A stretch of DNA of 64,000 bases from Carcharhinus amblyrhynchos (GCA_965287045.1 OZ336883.1:69812001-69876000); one strand, 5' to 3'; positions 28,854 through 41,327 are shown, counted from the stretch's first letter. Translations and numbers: made by a program. The notes: generated from the letters alone by a model not told the origin.

Positions 28854-30981
28854 AAATCTTCAAAGCAGTGGCAACGATGGGTGGATCGCCACTGCACTCA
28901 AAGATTCCCCTGCACCAATCCTGCTGCATATTTGTTCTGGAATCTTCTGATCCCGATTAAAGAAATACACAGCACAACATCCCTCAGGGAGCTCCAGCAG
29001 AGTGGAGTAGAATCGGGGCACCAGCTGCCGAATGGCAAGTTTAAAAGTCCAGTCTTTGAATATCAGGGAATGGGTGAACTGGTAGATAGGCAAGCGAGGT
29101 GGATGAGTGAGTAGGATGGGTGATCAGAGGAGTAGTCAGCTCAGGTCAGAGGGGGTTAATCAGGTCACGTCATGTCAGGGGTGGTTGGGTCAGGGTACTC
29201 AGTGGATAGTAAAATCTGGTCAGAGAGTAGACTAGATTTTAATCTATCTAATACCTCTTCGGTAAATACCCAGTTAAGTACCACAGAACAGGCCATGGTC
29301 TCCAACTTCAGCTAAGAATCAGGGACTTTCGCAGAATGTCTGGGGAAGAGAGGAATTACCCATTGAACGTTTAAACATCCTGGACAAGTCCCATGTAGGT
29401 CCACAGGTCAGGACTTCTGCAGGGTCACAATGAACATTATCAGTCATACAACCAACGATTTGGAGATCAGAAGATTTGGTTCCATTGACACTTCAGGCTT
29501 TGACACAATAAATTTGCCTAAAGTTACATTTGTTTTCTACGTGCCTTAGCTAAGACATCTGAAGAGTGGACAAATTTTGGAATGTGTACTAATTGAGTTT
29601 GGCTGAATACAGATCATAAAGAATGATCCCCAATGAGCTGTTCTGAACTTTGGAATAACAAACAACTTATGCTGATTGCTTTTGCTAAGATTCAAATAAT
29701 CAAAAGTCCATCTTGATCTAAAATGTTAGATATTGCATTCAGATCCCAAGGGTTGCCAGAAAGCTCTTGGCATTGGCTTGTTCATCCCACTCCACTATTT
29801 CTTTATGTGCTGCTCCTGGTTCAGGAAAACATACCAACACTGCTTGCTTCAGAATGATTTGGAGTGTTTTTAACCAGATAATTGCAGGGGTTTTGCTGAG
29901 AGGGCTGTATAAGTGCAGCTGTGGTTAACATTTGGGAATGGTTATGTTTTCTTTCCCTTTACTGTTCTCGCCTTGCAGGGCATCAAAATTGTTCTGACTG
30001 CTGCAAATATATTTAAATTATAAGTTTTAAAAGGCACAAAAGTATTATTTTTCACGGAAGCCTTTGTTGAGGTTACTACAGCTTAGAACTAGCATTATCA
30101 TGCATTTTTAAAGCTCTAAGTCACACGGTGTAAAGCAGCACAACAAAAGCTTGTGACCATATTTTAAGCTCTTATGTACAGACAATGAACAGCAACAGAA
30201 GACGCCAACTTAATGGCACATCTGGAAAAGATCAGACCAAATCACAACAGTCAGGCAAATGATTTTCTCTGGCGCAATATCCTGCCATAAATCCCACTAC
30301 TCTCACCCGAGTGTGTTATTTTCTCCATCAGTTTCTCATGTCACTGGCATTTTAACATTGCTTTGAATCAACAGTTTATTTTACATTGCCAGTCTTTTGC
30401 CTCTCTTGATCCATTCAAGAGTAAATGAAATTTCCGGCTGATGTGTGGAAAGCTTGTGAACTCCATTGACAAGTGTTCCAGCAACCAACTGGAAAATCCC
30501 TCCAATGTTCAGAGGGGTAAACACAGGCAGTTAAAAACATGCTAAGCGAAATACGCCCCACCAAGTCAATTATCCTAATTGAAATAAAATATATATCTTC
30601 TTAGTTGGAGCCAAGTGTTCCAGAATCATTGTTCCGTGACTCCAGCTGGGTGCATTTGCGTGGATATTTGATGAAGACAAAATTGAGCCCAGCTGTGATA
30701 TGTCCTTCTCCCAGCCCCACTTCATTCAAAATAGCCTGATGATAATCATTGGTCAGATGCAAGGTACCATGGAACAAACGCCATGCAGGAAAATGTTACC
30801 TCATCACCCTATCCATCTATCATCAGAACTAAACACAACCCTGTCTTCAACAAATACTTTCTCACTTCCCAGCTAAAGAGATTGTTTCAGGACAGCGGTC
30901 AGGAAATAAAAGCAGCCAGTTCTACATCAATAACCTTGACCATCACCCGAGCATCATTTTCCCTGAAACCTCTCCTTACAT

Positions 30982-31590
30982 AAGAACCATGAGCAGGAGT
31001 AGGCCATTTGGCTCCTCCAGCCTGCTCTGCGAGCCAATAAGATCATGGCCACTCACCATAACCCTTAATTCCTTTACTGTTCAAAAATTTATCTACCTTT
31101 GCCTTAAAAACATTCAATGAGGTAGCCTCAACTGCTTCACTGGGCAGGGAATTGCACAGATTCACAACCCTTTGGGTGAAGGAACTCCTCCTCAGCTTGG
31201 TCCTAAATCTGCTCTCCCTTATTTTGAGGCCACGTTTCCTAGTTCTAATTTCAAACAACTTCCCTGCTTCTACCTTCTCTATTCCTTTCATAATCTTATA
31301 TGTTTCTATAAGATCTCTCCTCATCCTTCCGAATTCCAATGAGTATAGCCCCAGTCTACTCAGTCTCCCCTCATAAGCCAACCCTCTCATTCCACAATTA
31401 ACCTAGTGAATCTCAGCTCTCCAGTGCCAGTATATCTTTCCTCAGGCAAGGAGACCAAAACTGTACACAGTATTCCAGGTGTGGCCTCAGCAGCACTTTA
31501 TGCAGCTGCAACGTAACCTCCCTGTTTTTAAACTCCATCCCTCTAGCAATGAAGGGTAAAATTCAATTTGCCTTCCTAATTACCTACTGC
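30982..31590 (-). mobile_element. CR1 LINE 3' fragment
   Basis: ORF 31043-31390 RLGLYSLEFGRMRRDLIETYKIMKG…FTQRVVNLCNSLP, with a CR1-type 3' UTR. Confidence 0.9.
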
Positions 31591-32268
31591 ACTGACAAAA
31601 AAGACCAGGGATCAAACTGTCTGTTGGGTCAGTATCATTCCATGCATCCACTATGAAGCTACTTATTGGGAAGTGGAATTCTCAAATACACGTTGATTCT
31701 TAAAACATTCCTACTTCATTGAAAAAATATTTCCCCTCAGCACTGATCAAGTGATGCTGCCTCATTGTTGCTAAAATTACTAATTATTGAAAAACATCGA
31801 GATTCATAACAACTCGAGAAATACTTTTATGAAATACTACAGATGGGATTTCCCTCAACATTGGATAGGGACACTGTATGATAGCAAAACAAATGCTTCA
31901 TAACATGTTGGCGTCTTCGTTAAATAGAAGATGTCAGATGTGTCAAAGAAACTCGTGAAAATTGAAGTGCCCAAGTTCTATTTTCTCTTTCTCTCTCAAC
32001 TAGCTACGGTGCCACGAGAACCATACAATAAATGGACTTGTCTCAGTGTCAGGTACAAAATGTACAATTCCTTGCGCATTTATGCAAATAACTTCCCCAA
32101 ACACAGACCAAATCTGCAACAGGTACATCAAGTCAATCAGTTATCCCAATTTTCTTAAAAAGTAATGTATTCTCCCTCTTAAGGCCTCTCTGAGCTTTGT
32201 TACTGTCAAGCTGATGTTGAGATGGTCACACTTTTGTTATAACTCGATCACTGAATTTCTACAGTGCA

Positions 32269-32793
32269 GAACATAAGAACATAAGAAATAGGAGCAGGAG
32301 TAGGCCATCTAGCCCTTCGAGCCTGCCCCGCCATTCAATAAGATCATGGCTGATCTGTCGTGGCTCAGTTCCACATTCCCGCCCTCTCCCCATAACCCTT
32401 AATCCCCTCGCTTATCAAAAACCCATCAACCCGCGTCTTAAAAATATTTAGCGAGGCAGCCTCCACCACCTCAACGGGCAGAGAATTCCAGAGATTCACC
32501 ACCCTTTGAGTGAAGAAGTTCCTCCTCAACTCCGTTCTAAACCGCGCCCCCCTTTATCTTGAGGCTGTGCCCCCTAGTCCTACTGTCCTTTCTGAGCGGG
32601 AAGAGTCTCTCCACCTCTATCCTATCCATCCCATTCATCATCTTATATGTCTCAATGAGATCTCCCCTCATTCTTCTAAACTCTAACGAGTACAAGCCTA
32701 GTTTATTCAGCCTCTCCTCATAGCTCAACCCCCTCAACTCCGGTATCAGCCTAGTAAACCTCCTCTGCACTCCCTCCAAGGCCAAAATATCCT
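32269..32793 (-). mobile_element. Young CR1 LINE 3' fragment nested in an HE1-like SINE
   Basis: Reverse complement of 40808-41327 with very few differences. It interrupts the SINE tail between ctacagtgcagaa and gtaggtcatttggcccatcg. Confidence 0.93.
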
Positions 32794-34306
32794 CGTGTAG
32801 GTCATTTGGCCCATCGAGCGAGCACCGATAACAATCCCACCCAGGCCTTGTCCCCGTAACCCCATGTCTTTACCCTGCCAAAGTCCCTGACACCAATAGT
32901 CAAGTTAGCAAGGCCAGTCAACTTAACCTGCACATCTCTGAAGTGTGGGAGGAAACCCACGCAGACACAGGGAGAATGTGCAAACTCCATACAGACAGTC
33001 ACCCGAGGCCAGAATTGAAACCAGGCCACTGACACTGTAAGGCAGTAGTGGTAACCACTGTGCCGCCCTCAATGAAGTTGCAAATGCACCACCTTGACTG
33101 GGATTTGAGATACAGCAGATGCTCTACTTTATCTATTTTATTTAATTCTTTTCTGCAGGCAATGTTTTGGTGATTTATACTCTCAAGTTGAGGGATGGAC
33201 ACTGGTTACAAGTGGAACAATTTTCCATTCAGACACCCAGTAGCAGCATCAAGCTCTCAAAGAGTATTCATTGCCCAGACTTCGCAATCTTGGAAGAGTT
33301 TTCCCTGTCCTTCACAAGACCATTCTCCAGTCATAAATTTAGCACCAATTAAATACTCACCAGCACAAACCAGCTTGTTTCACTGAGAACACATACACAT
33401 GGGCGCGTGAGAGAGAAGGCGCGAGAGAGAAGGTACAATGCTTCACAACAAGAACTAACACATTTCACAGCTTCAACACCATTGCCTGTAAATTCCAAGA
33501 GCTACCATTTGCAAATGGCCTGTATGTTATCATTACTGTACCTCATCATTGGCATGTTCCTGTGAAGCAAATGCTGTGATTCAAAAAAAACATGGCTGCA
33601 ACACAGTTATGATTCACAAACATTTCACACCATTTTGTTATTTGATAAAGTCAAATCTTTAATTATCTTTCCAATGTTGACATGAATTACTTTTTGCTAA
33701 ACTACGCTGAAAAATATTCTTTTATTTCAAAACACTACCAAGTCTGACCTATTTTCTCCTTCATAGCATCAGCCCTTCCACTCACACCACATTGTCACAG
33801 CTTCCTAGTCCACTGAGCTGACAGATTCAATGCTCTTCAAAGCTCTTCCCAAGTTGTACCTGTAAAAACTGCAGCTCGAAAACTCTAACCCCCCAACGTA
33901 TTAATGCAAAATAAAACTCCCATTCTCCCCGTCTGCAATTTTTCCCATCTTTCAACACAAAGAACTGAAAATTCTTATCTTTCTCAACAACAGTTTCACA
34001 GTCTCACTCTTCTCCAAAGCTCCAAACTCCTCCAGTCCTACCCACAAGCTTGTGCCTCCCCTGCCCCTAATTGCACATTCAAAGGTGTAGTCTTCAGTCA
34101 GTTTGGCCACACATTTCGAAACATTCACTCTAAATTGCTCTGCCCTAACTGTCACACTTTCCTGCTTCAAAGCTCTTCAAAACATGTTAACTTGCCCAGC
34201 TTTTCACTGTAAAACTGCCAACTTTGGTCAAACACATTGTTGAAAGTTTCATCACATGACTTCCTGTCTCACATCATCCCTTCCAAAGAGCTTTTCTTCA
34301 TATCCC

Positions 34307-34413
34307 CACACTTTGTATAGTTAACAAAAATATAGTTTGTATAGTTAATATATAGTTTGTTATAGTTAAATATAGTTTGTATAGTTACACACTTTGTATA
34401 GTTAACAAAAATA
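34307..34413. repeat. Short tandem array of tatagtt(tg) units bounded by a 26-bp direct repeat
   Basis: cacactttgtatagttaacaaaaata at 34307-34332 and 34388-34413, with tatagtttgtatagtt iterations between. Confidence 0.9.
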
Positions 34414-34850
34414 AACTAGGTTTGTACTCGTTAGAGTTTAGAAGAATGAGGGGAGATCTCATTGAGACATATAAGATGATGAATGGGATGGATAGGATAG
34501 GGGTGGAGAGGCTCTTCCCGCTCAGAAAGGACAGTAGGACTAGAGGGCACAGCCTCAAGATAAAGGGGGGGCGATTTAGAACAGAGTTGAGGAGGAACTT
34601 CTTCACTCAAAGGGTGGTGAATCTCTGGAATTCTCTGCCCGTTGAAGTGGTGGAGGCTGCCTCGCTAAATATATTTAAGACGCGGGTTGATAGGTTTTTG
34701 ATAGGCAAGGGGATTAAGGGTTATGGGGAGAGGGTGGGAAAGTGGAACTGAGCCACGACAGATCAGCCATGATCTTACTGAATGGCGGGGCAGGCTCGAA
34801 GGGCTAGATGGCCTACTCCTGCTCCTATTTCTTACGTTCTTATGTTTCTT
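34410..34850 (+). mobile_element. Young CR1 LINE 3' fragment (same family as 40116)
   Basis: Near-identical to 40890-41327; open frame LGLYSLEFRRMRGDLIETYK…; TTCTTATG-like tail. Confidence 0.93.
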
Positions 34851-35076
34851 ATTCAAAAAAAGAAACAATTATTTTAATGCCCCTATGATTTTATTCTCAG
34901 GCTGGTGGCAACACCACTGACCAAATCTGGAGGATTTGGCAAGCCAAACTGTTCAGTATGTCACTCCTGTTTTGAGTTAAGCAGATAACCAATTAAACAA
35001 AATCAAATAAATTGAAAGACAAATTAAAGAGGCAGCCCCTTAAATGGATACTGCCTTAAACAAAACGCAAATTACA

Positions 35077-35384
35077 TGGCATGATGACACAGTGGTTAGC
35101 ACTGCTACCTCACAGCGCCAGGGGCCTGGGTTTGGTTTCTGTCTCGGGTGACCTTCTGTGTGGAGTTTGCACGTTCTCCCCATGCTTGCGTGGGTTTCCT
35201 CCCAAGCTCCAATTTCCTCCTACAAAGGTGTGTAGATTAGGTGGACTGGCCATTCTAAATTTTCCCTTCAGAGATTAGTGGGATAAGTAAATGTGATTAC
35301 GGGGTAAACCTGGGTATGAGTCAGTGCAGACTCGATGGTGCAGAATGGCTTCCTTCTACACTGTAAAAATTCTATGATTCTATG
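35077..35384 (+). mobile_element. HE1-like V-SINE (CR1-type tail)
   Basis: cagtggttagcactgct head, gtgtggagtttgcacgttctcccc V-domain, tail ctacactgtaaaaattctatgattctatg. Confidence 0.85.
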
Positions 35385-36554
35385 AAACTCAAAACATTAA
35401 ACCAAAACGTAATTAAGAGAGTTGATATTGCACCTCAATCCCCGTGGTGCCCACCCGAAGATCTTGACGGTGTGTAGATACCACATGCTTCTTCCCTAGG
35501 GACACCTGGCTGTGAATGTAGCTGCGGTAGAGGGGCAGACAGGTGGGTTGGACAACTGCCTTAGTGTTACTGTTGCTCCATGAAGCAGCATGGGATTTTT
35601 TAAATACAACACATGCTTGAAATAGAACCAATTAATGTGACCAGCAGCAGATTGTACACTGAAAAGTGTTACTGCTGCTGCACCAAGGCATGGTTTCTAA
35701 GTGCGTATATGGAGATAAAGGATGCACAAAAACTATGTAGAAAATAGTCTGCCCAAATTTATTTGGCTGTGTGTCTATTTTTGCCTCCTCAGAAGCACTT
35801 TGAAACATTTTGCTGTGGTAAAGAAACTGGAGATGCAAGTATTGTTATAAAGCCCACTGCAATGGCTTTACTCAAACACATCATTTTGCCTACATATCAC
35901 ACAGGGTTATATCTAACTGTTTACCAAGAGCTATGTACAGAGAATCTCAACATCATAAAAAGGTTATCATAAGCCACGAATGAGTTATGGTGCTTGCGAA
36001 AGGGCTGTCATTAACTCTCCACTCCCGGTAAGGATGCCTCTTGTGCATCATATGCAACACGTCACCTGTTTATTTATTCTTACTTTTTATATGCCCATTT
36101 TTTTCCTGAAGCACAACCTACTAAATTAATCAGGTGACATGGCAGCCAGTAATAAAACAGGAAAAACAACACCAGCTGGTAAAACATAGAGCAGGAAAGA
36201 TGACAGCAATCTTTTCAATAAATCAAAAAAAAATCAGAAGTAGCTTTGCCAATGTGTTCAAATAAACACAAGAACCAACATATTAAAAAAGCTTGCTTAC
36301 TGTAGTCCTTGCAAAATAATAAACTAAAAGCAGATGGACCAGTGGAAAAAAATGCATATAACTGGAGAGGGGCAGCATTTTAAATCATTTCTCTACAACA
36401 GAGACCAGGAATCTTTGATGTTAATAATCATTGCAAGTGATCAACTCTTCAATCCGAAATATTAATTATACAGACGATTGTCCTGTTTCCCAGCTATTTT
36501 TAGGAACGTTATCATTCATGCACTTTGTCTTGCAGCTGTTTATTCCAGTACCAG

Positions 36555-36900
36555 GGCAGCACGGGGACACAACGGTTTGCACTCTGGCTCACAGCGCCAG
36601 GGACGCAGGTTCAATTCTGGCCTTGGTCACTGCCTGTGTGGAATCTTAACATAGTCCCTATGAATCTGTGGGTTTCCTCCAGGTGCTCCAGCTTCCTCCC
36701 ACTGTCCAAAGATGTGCAGGTTCGGTGGATTAGCCATGTTAAAGTGTCCCTTAGCATCCCAAGAGGTGTAGGCTGGAGGAATTAGTGGGGTGAATATGTG
36801 GAACTATGGGGATAGGGTCTGGGAAGGATGTTCATTGGAGAGTAAGTGCACACTTAGATGGGCCAAATGGCCTGCTTCTGCACTGTAGGGATTCTATGAT
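36555..36900 (+). mobile_element. HE1-like V-SINE (CR1-type tail)
   Basis: Same architecture; tail gcactgtagggattctatgat. Confidence 0.85.
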
Positions 36901-37085
36901 ACTTCCAAAAAAACGTCAAACTAAAATTGATTTTTTTTTCGAACAAAATCCCTCAGTATTGCCCCAGAGGCTATTATCTTGGAGGGGGGACAGTTAGTGT
37001 TATGTGTGTTTGTTTGTGTACACATAATATGATATAAATAATATATTAACCCACACAAATACACATGTACATTTCTGAAACATCA

Positions 37086-37319
<234 letters not shown>

Positions 37320-37429
37320 CTAATAGTGTCCCGGCGGTGTGAAAGCAGGAGCCCCGAGCCCCGGCTATCCTCCTTTGTACGTATAAGCTGCCGCTGTGTG
37401 GGTCGCCGCTGCCTTCCACTTACTACCGA

Positions 37430-37440
37430 CAGCCATCTTG
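37430..37440 (-). promoter_or_regulatory. YY1-type motif CAAGATGGCTG
   Basis: Matches the AAGATGGC YY1 core, which is common just downstream of start sites in CpG-island promoters. Confidence 0.5.
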
Positions 37441-37458
37441 TCGTGGGGCAAACGGCGG

Positions 37459-37620
37459 CAGCTCGGATGACCCGCCGCGGTCCTCCAGCTCCGACTCGGC
37501 TATCCCGTCGGCCCGCGGAGCCGCAGCCGCCTGGTAAACAGCGACAGCGTCAGCTGGGATGACCCGGCATGGTCCTCCAGCTCCGCCTGGACTATCCCGT
37601 CGGCCCGCGGGACCGCAACC
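37459..37620. repeat. Two diverged ~70-bp direct repeats, period 92 bp
   Basis: 37459-37528 cagctcggatgacccg…ggtcctccagctccgactcggctatcccgtcggcccgcgg aligns with 37551-37620 cagctgggatgacccg…ggtcctccagctccgcctggactatcccgtcggcccgcgg. Confidence 0.9.
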
Positions 37621-37924
37621 GGGTACCGCCAACGACTGTGGCGGTGATCAAGAAGGGATACAGCCGCCTCCTTGTGAGGACTGCAGAGCCGTCCGCCACC
37701 TACAGGCATGTTCGCGGTTGTGCAGAGTTTGATGTTGCTGGAAGTGTTTAAGTTTATTTATTATTGTCGTAAGTAGGCTTACATTAACACTGCAATGAAG
37801 TTACTTTTAAATCCCCTGGAGCAGCCAGTAAGGGTCATAGAGACTCACAGCACTAATCATAGAATTCCTACAGCGCAGAAGAAGGCCATTCGACCCTTCA
37901 AGTTTGCACTGACTCCACAATCCC

Positions 37925-38220
37925 AATGTGGAGATTCTGGTGTTGGACTGGGATAAACACAGTAAGAATTCTCACAACACCAGGTTAAAGTCCAACAGGT
38001 TTATTTGGTAGCAAACGCCACTGGCTGCCCCTTCGTCAGGTGAGTGGGAGTACTAGTCACAAACAGTGTATATAAAGACACAAACTCAATTTACAGAATA
38101 ATGATTGGAATACGAGTCTTTATAGGTAATCAAGTGTTATAGGTACAGACAGTGTGAGTGGAGAGAGGATAATCACGGGTTAAAGAGATGTATATTCCAG
38201 GCAAGACAGTTAGTGAGGTT
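37925..38220 (-). mobile_element. Penelope-like element 3' fragment
   Basis: Shares ttggactggg.taaacacagtaa…acaacaccaggtt.aagtccaac…ttcgtcaggtga with the 28732 element; hammerhead core partly deleted. Confidence 0.65.
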
Positions 38221-38834
38221 AATGAGGGTACCCCCACGACTTGCCTGGACTTGCAAAATCTCACTAACTTCAAACGTGGAGATTAAACATCCTTGTGAGA
38301 AAGACAAGGGGTGGGATCATCCGTCTGCACTTGCCCCAAAACCAGAAAGTCCTGCCCCAGGTCAACGGATCTTTGCCTGGTCCACTCCCATCCCAACCGC
38401 CCGCAGCCAGTATGCTTCCCACGGCAGGAGGGATGAGAAAAATCCCCCCGAGATTTCAGTGAAATTGGTTGGCTCACAATGTGACTAATATCTGTGTGAG
38501 TTGTTGCTAAATCCATGGAATCGTGTTTGGTCGAATCTGTCATTTATTTTGTAGTGTGGTATGTTCAACCACAGTTCACCTATTAATCCACACACACTTC
38601 ACACTAGCCTGTTAGAGTATAAGATAGATATTGTAAATTTATCTTCTGAACTTATAAAGTTTATTTTTGTTTATTCCAAACCAATGGAATCTAGTAGCTT
38701 TATTTATGTAATAAGTATCTTGAATCTCAAGCTTTCCTCCCCCCCGGCCCACACTCCCGGGTCTGGCCAAGGATCATAACGAGGGATAATATATAGCAGT
38801 GCAGGGCCAATAACTGAGGCTGCATTCAAGGAAT

Positions 38835-39145
38835 AGCGCAAGATTAGTACTGCTGCCTCACGGCACCAGGGACCCAAGTTCAATTCCAGCTTCGGGTCAC
38901 TGTCTGTGTGGAGTTTGCACATTCTCCCCATGTTTGGGTGGGTTTCTTCCAGGTGCTGTGGTTTTTTCCCAAACTCCAAAGACGCAAGGGTTAGGTTGCT
39001 TGGTCGTGCTAAATTGACCCTAGTGACAGGGGAATTAGTAGGGTAAATATGTGAGGTTACAGGAGTAGGGCCTGATGGGATTGTGATTGATGCAGACTTG
39101 ATGGGTCGAATGCCCCCCGCTTCTGCACTGTAGGGATTCTAAGAT
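38835..39145 (+). mobile_element. HE1-like V-SINE
   Basis: tRNA head, V-domain and CR1-type tail. Confidence 0.85.
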
Positions 39146-39662
39146 TACCCGGTGAAGTAAGCAGCAGCCAACAGTGGGACGAGGAGCAAAATTGCTCTGG
39201 AAAACAGAAGGAAAGCAGTGCCTCTCACTTTCCCCTCTGCCATTTGCTTCCTTGTTTTTGAACCTCAGCTCCTGGTCCCACCAGGTTGGTTGACTGACCT
39301 TTGACCTAAAGAACTGCAAATATGTATGACTCCTTCTCCTGTTTTATTTCATTCATTTGTTCATGGGCTGTGGGTAAAGGCCAGCATTTATTACCCTTCC
39401 CTAAATGCCCTTGAGAACGTGGTGATAAACTGTCTTCTCAAATGTGTAACAATCTTAAACAGGGGCTCCCATTTCACTCGAAGGTCTGGACCCCATACAA
39501 AACATCAATGACACAAGACAAACTTTGGATACAATTTCCACTTTACATGGAAATTCTTTATTACCCCTTAAGCAATAATATAAACTTACAACACAGATAA
39601 AACCCAAGTACAGGAGCTCATTCCTGGGTGATCGGTCCACTGAATGAATTCCTGTGCACAAC

Positions 39663-39948
39663 TTTTTTTTAGATATATCCAATCAAAGTTTCCACTGGTG
39701 AGACATCCCAGATCTAAACTGACAAGACAGGCTGCCCTTTTCCTGTCTTGGGCTTGATCTACATGATCCAAGCTGATAGGAGCAGGCATTGCACCCCCTC
39801 CAGTGCTTGATCTCATTTGCATCTTAGCCAAAAGGCCCAGATGCTGTTTTAAAAAATTGCTTCAAATGAAGCATCAGTGTAACCCCATTGACTTCTATCA
39901 AGTGCAGGACTAAAACTGCACTTGATCTGAGCCAAAAGGCCGAAAGCA
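39663..39948 (-). mobile_element. U2 snRNA-headed SINE-like retroposon, copy A
   Basis: Minus strand begins GCTTTCGGCCTTTTGGCTCAGATCAAGTGCAGT (U2 5' end), has a body homologous to 59231-59551, and ends in an A8 tail. Confidence 0.8.
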
Positions 39949-40115
39949 GCCTTCCTATGACTTGTTATGATTGAGCAAATCAAGCTTACCTGGCTGCAAC
40001 AATAATGTCATTGACTGTGGCTTTGTACCTCATTCTGACCCTGTTCCCTTGACACATAAGATAACACCTTGAATAGGATCATCCTATTGGGTTTCATCAC
40101 CTTATCAATCCCACC

Positions 40116-41327
40116 ATGGCTATGGTCTTTCTGGATTTTCAGAAGGCGTTTGACAAAGTACCTCACAAGAGGTTATTGCAGAAGGTCGAGGGACATGGAG
40201 TTGGGGGTAGGGTGTTAGCGTGGATAGAGGATTGGTTGTCAAATAGGAGGCAGAGAGTGGGGGTCAACGGGTGCTATTCGGATTGGCGGATGGTGACTAG
40301 TGGAGTGCCCCAGGGGTCGGTGCTGGGGCCTCAGCTTTTTACCATTTATATAGATGATCTGGAGGAGGGAACCGAGTGTAGGGTGTTGAAATTTGCTGAT
40401 GACACCAAGATTGGGGGAACGGCAAATTGTGCGGAGGGTGTGGAGAGTCTGCAGAAGGATCTAGATAGGCTGGGCGAATGGGCCAGGAAATGGCAAATGG
40501 AATTTAATGTTGGCAAGTGTGAGGTGGTCCACTTTGGTAGGAAGAATGGTAGGAAGGACTATTACTTACGGGGCGAAAAACTGCAGCAGGCGACGGTGCA
40601 GAGGGACCTCGGGGTCCTTGTGCATGAGTCGCAAAAACCCAGCTTGCAGGTGCAGCAGGTGGTCAGGAAGGCGAATGGGATGCTGGCCTTCATAGCGAGG
40701 GGGATTGAATATAAAAGTAGGGAGGTCTTGCTGCAGCTGTATAGGGCATTGGTGAGGCCGCAGCTGGAGTACTGTGTGCAGTTTTGGGCGCCGCACCTGC
40801 GCAAAGATATTTTGGCCTTGGAGGGAGTGCAGAGGAGGTTTACTAGGCTGATACCGGAGTTGAGGGGGTTGAGCTATGAGGAGAGGCTGAATAAACTAGG
40901 CTTGTACTCGTTGGAGTTTAGAAGAATGAGGGGAGATCTCATTGAGACGTATAAGATGATGGATGGATAGGATAGAGGTGGAGAGACTCTTCCCGCTCAA
41001 AAAAGACAGTAGGACTAGGGGGCACAGCCTCAAGATAAAGGGGGGGGCGGTTTAGAACGGAGTTGAGGAGGAACTTCTTCACTCAAAGGGTGGTGAATCT
41101 CTGGAATTCTCTGCCCGTTGAAGTGGTGGAGGCTGCCTCGCTAAATATTTCTAAGACGCGGGTTGATGGGTTTTTGATAAGAGAGGGGATTAAGGGTTAT
41201 GGGGAGAGGGCGGGAAGGTGGAACTGAGCCACGACAGATCAGCCATGATCTTATTGAATGGCGGGGCAGGCTCGAAGGGCTAGATGGCCTACTCCTGCTC
41301 CTATTTCTTATGTTCTTATGTTCTTAT
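40116..41327 (+). mobile_element. Young 5'-truncated CR1 LINE (ORF2 RT C-terminal half plus 3' UTR)
   Basis: ORF has DFQKAFDKVPH, GVPQGSVLGP and YIDDL…KFADDTK RT motifs and the CR1-type C-terminus [13 protein letters not shown]…LEGVQRRFTR. It ends in a (TTCTTATG)n tail and retains CpGs. Confidence 0.95.

Noticed and set aside
34307-34413. CRISPR-like repeat-spacer array
   Set aside because: The context is eukaryotic and the units are contiguous low-complexity copies without unique spacers.
37326-37751. Several 60-80 aa ORFs on both strands in the CpG island
   Set aside because: They are expected from stop-codon depletion in GC-rich DNA; the repeated peptide reflects the 92-bp duplication in different frames.
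40116-40970. Host reverse transcriptase gene or intact autonomous element
   Set aside because: It is a 5'-truncated CR1 ORF2 that lacks the endonuclease, has a frameshift near 40960, and takes its ATG from flanking DNA.
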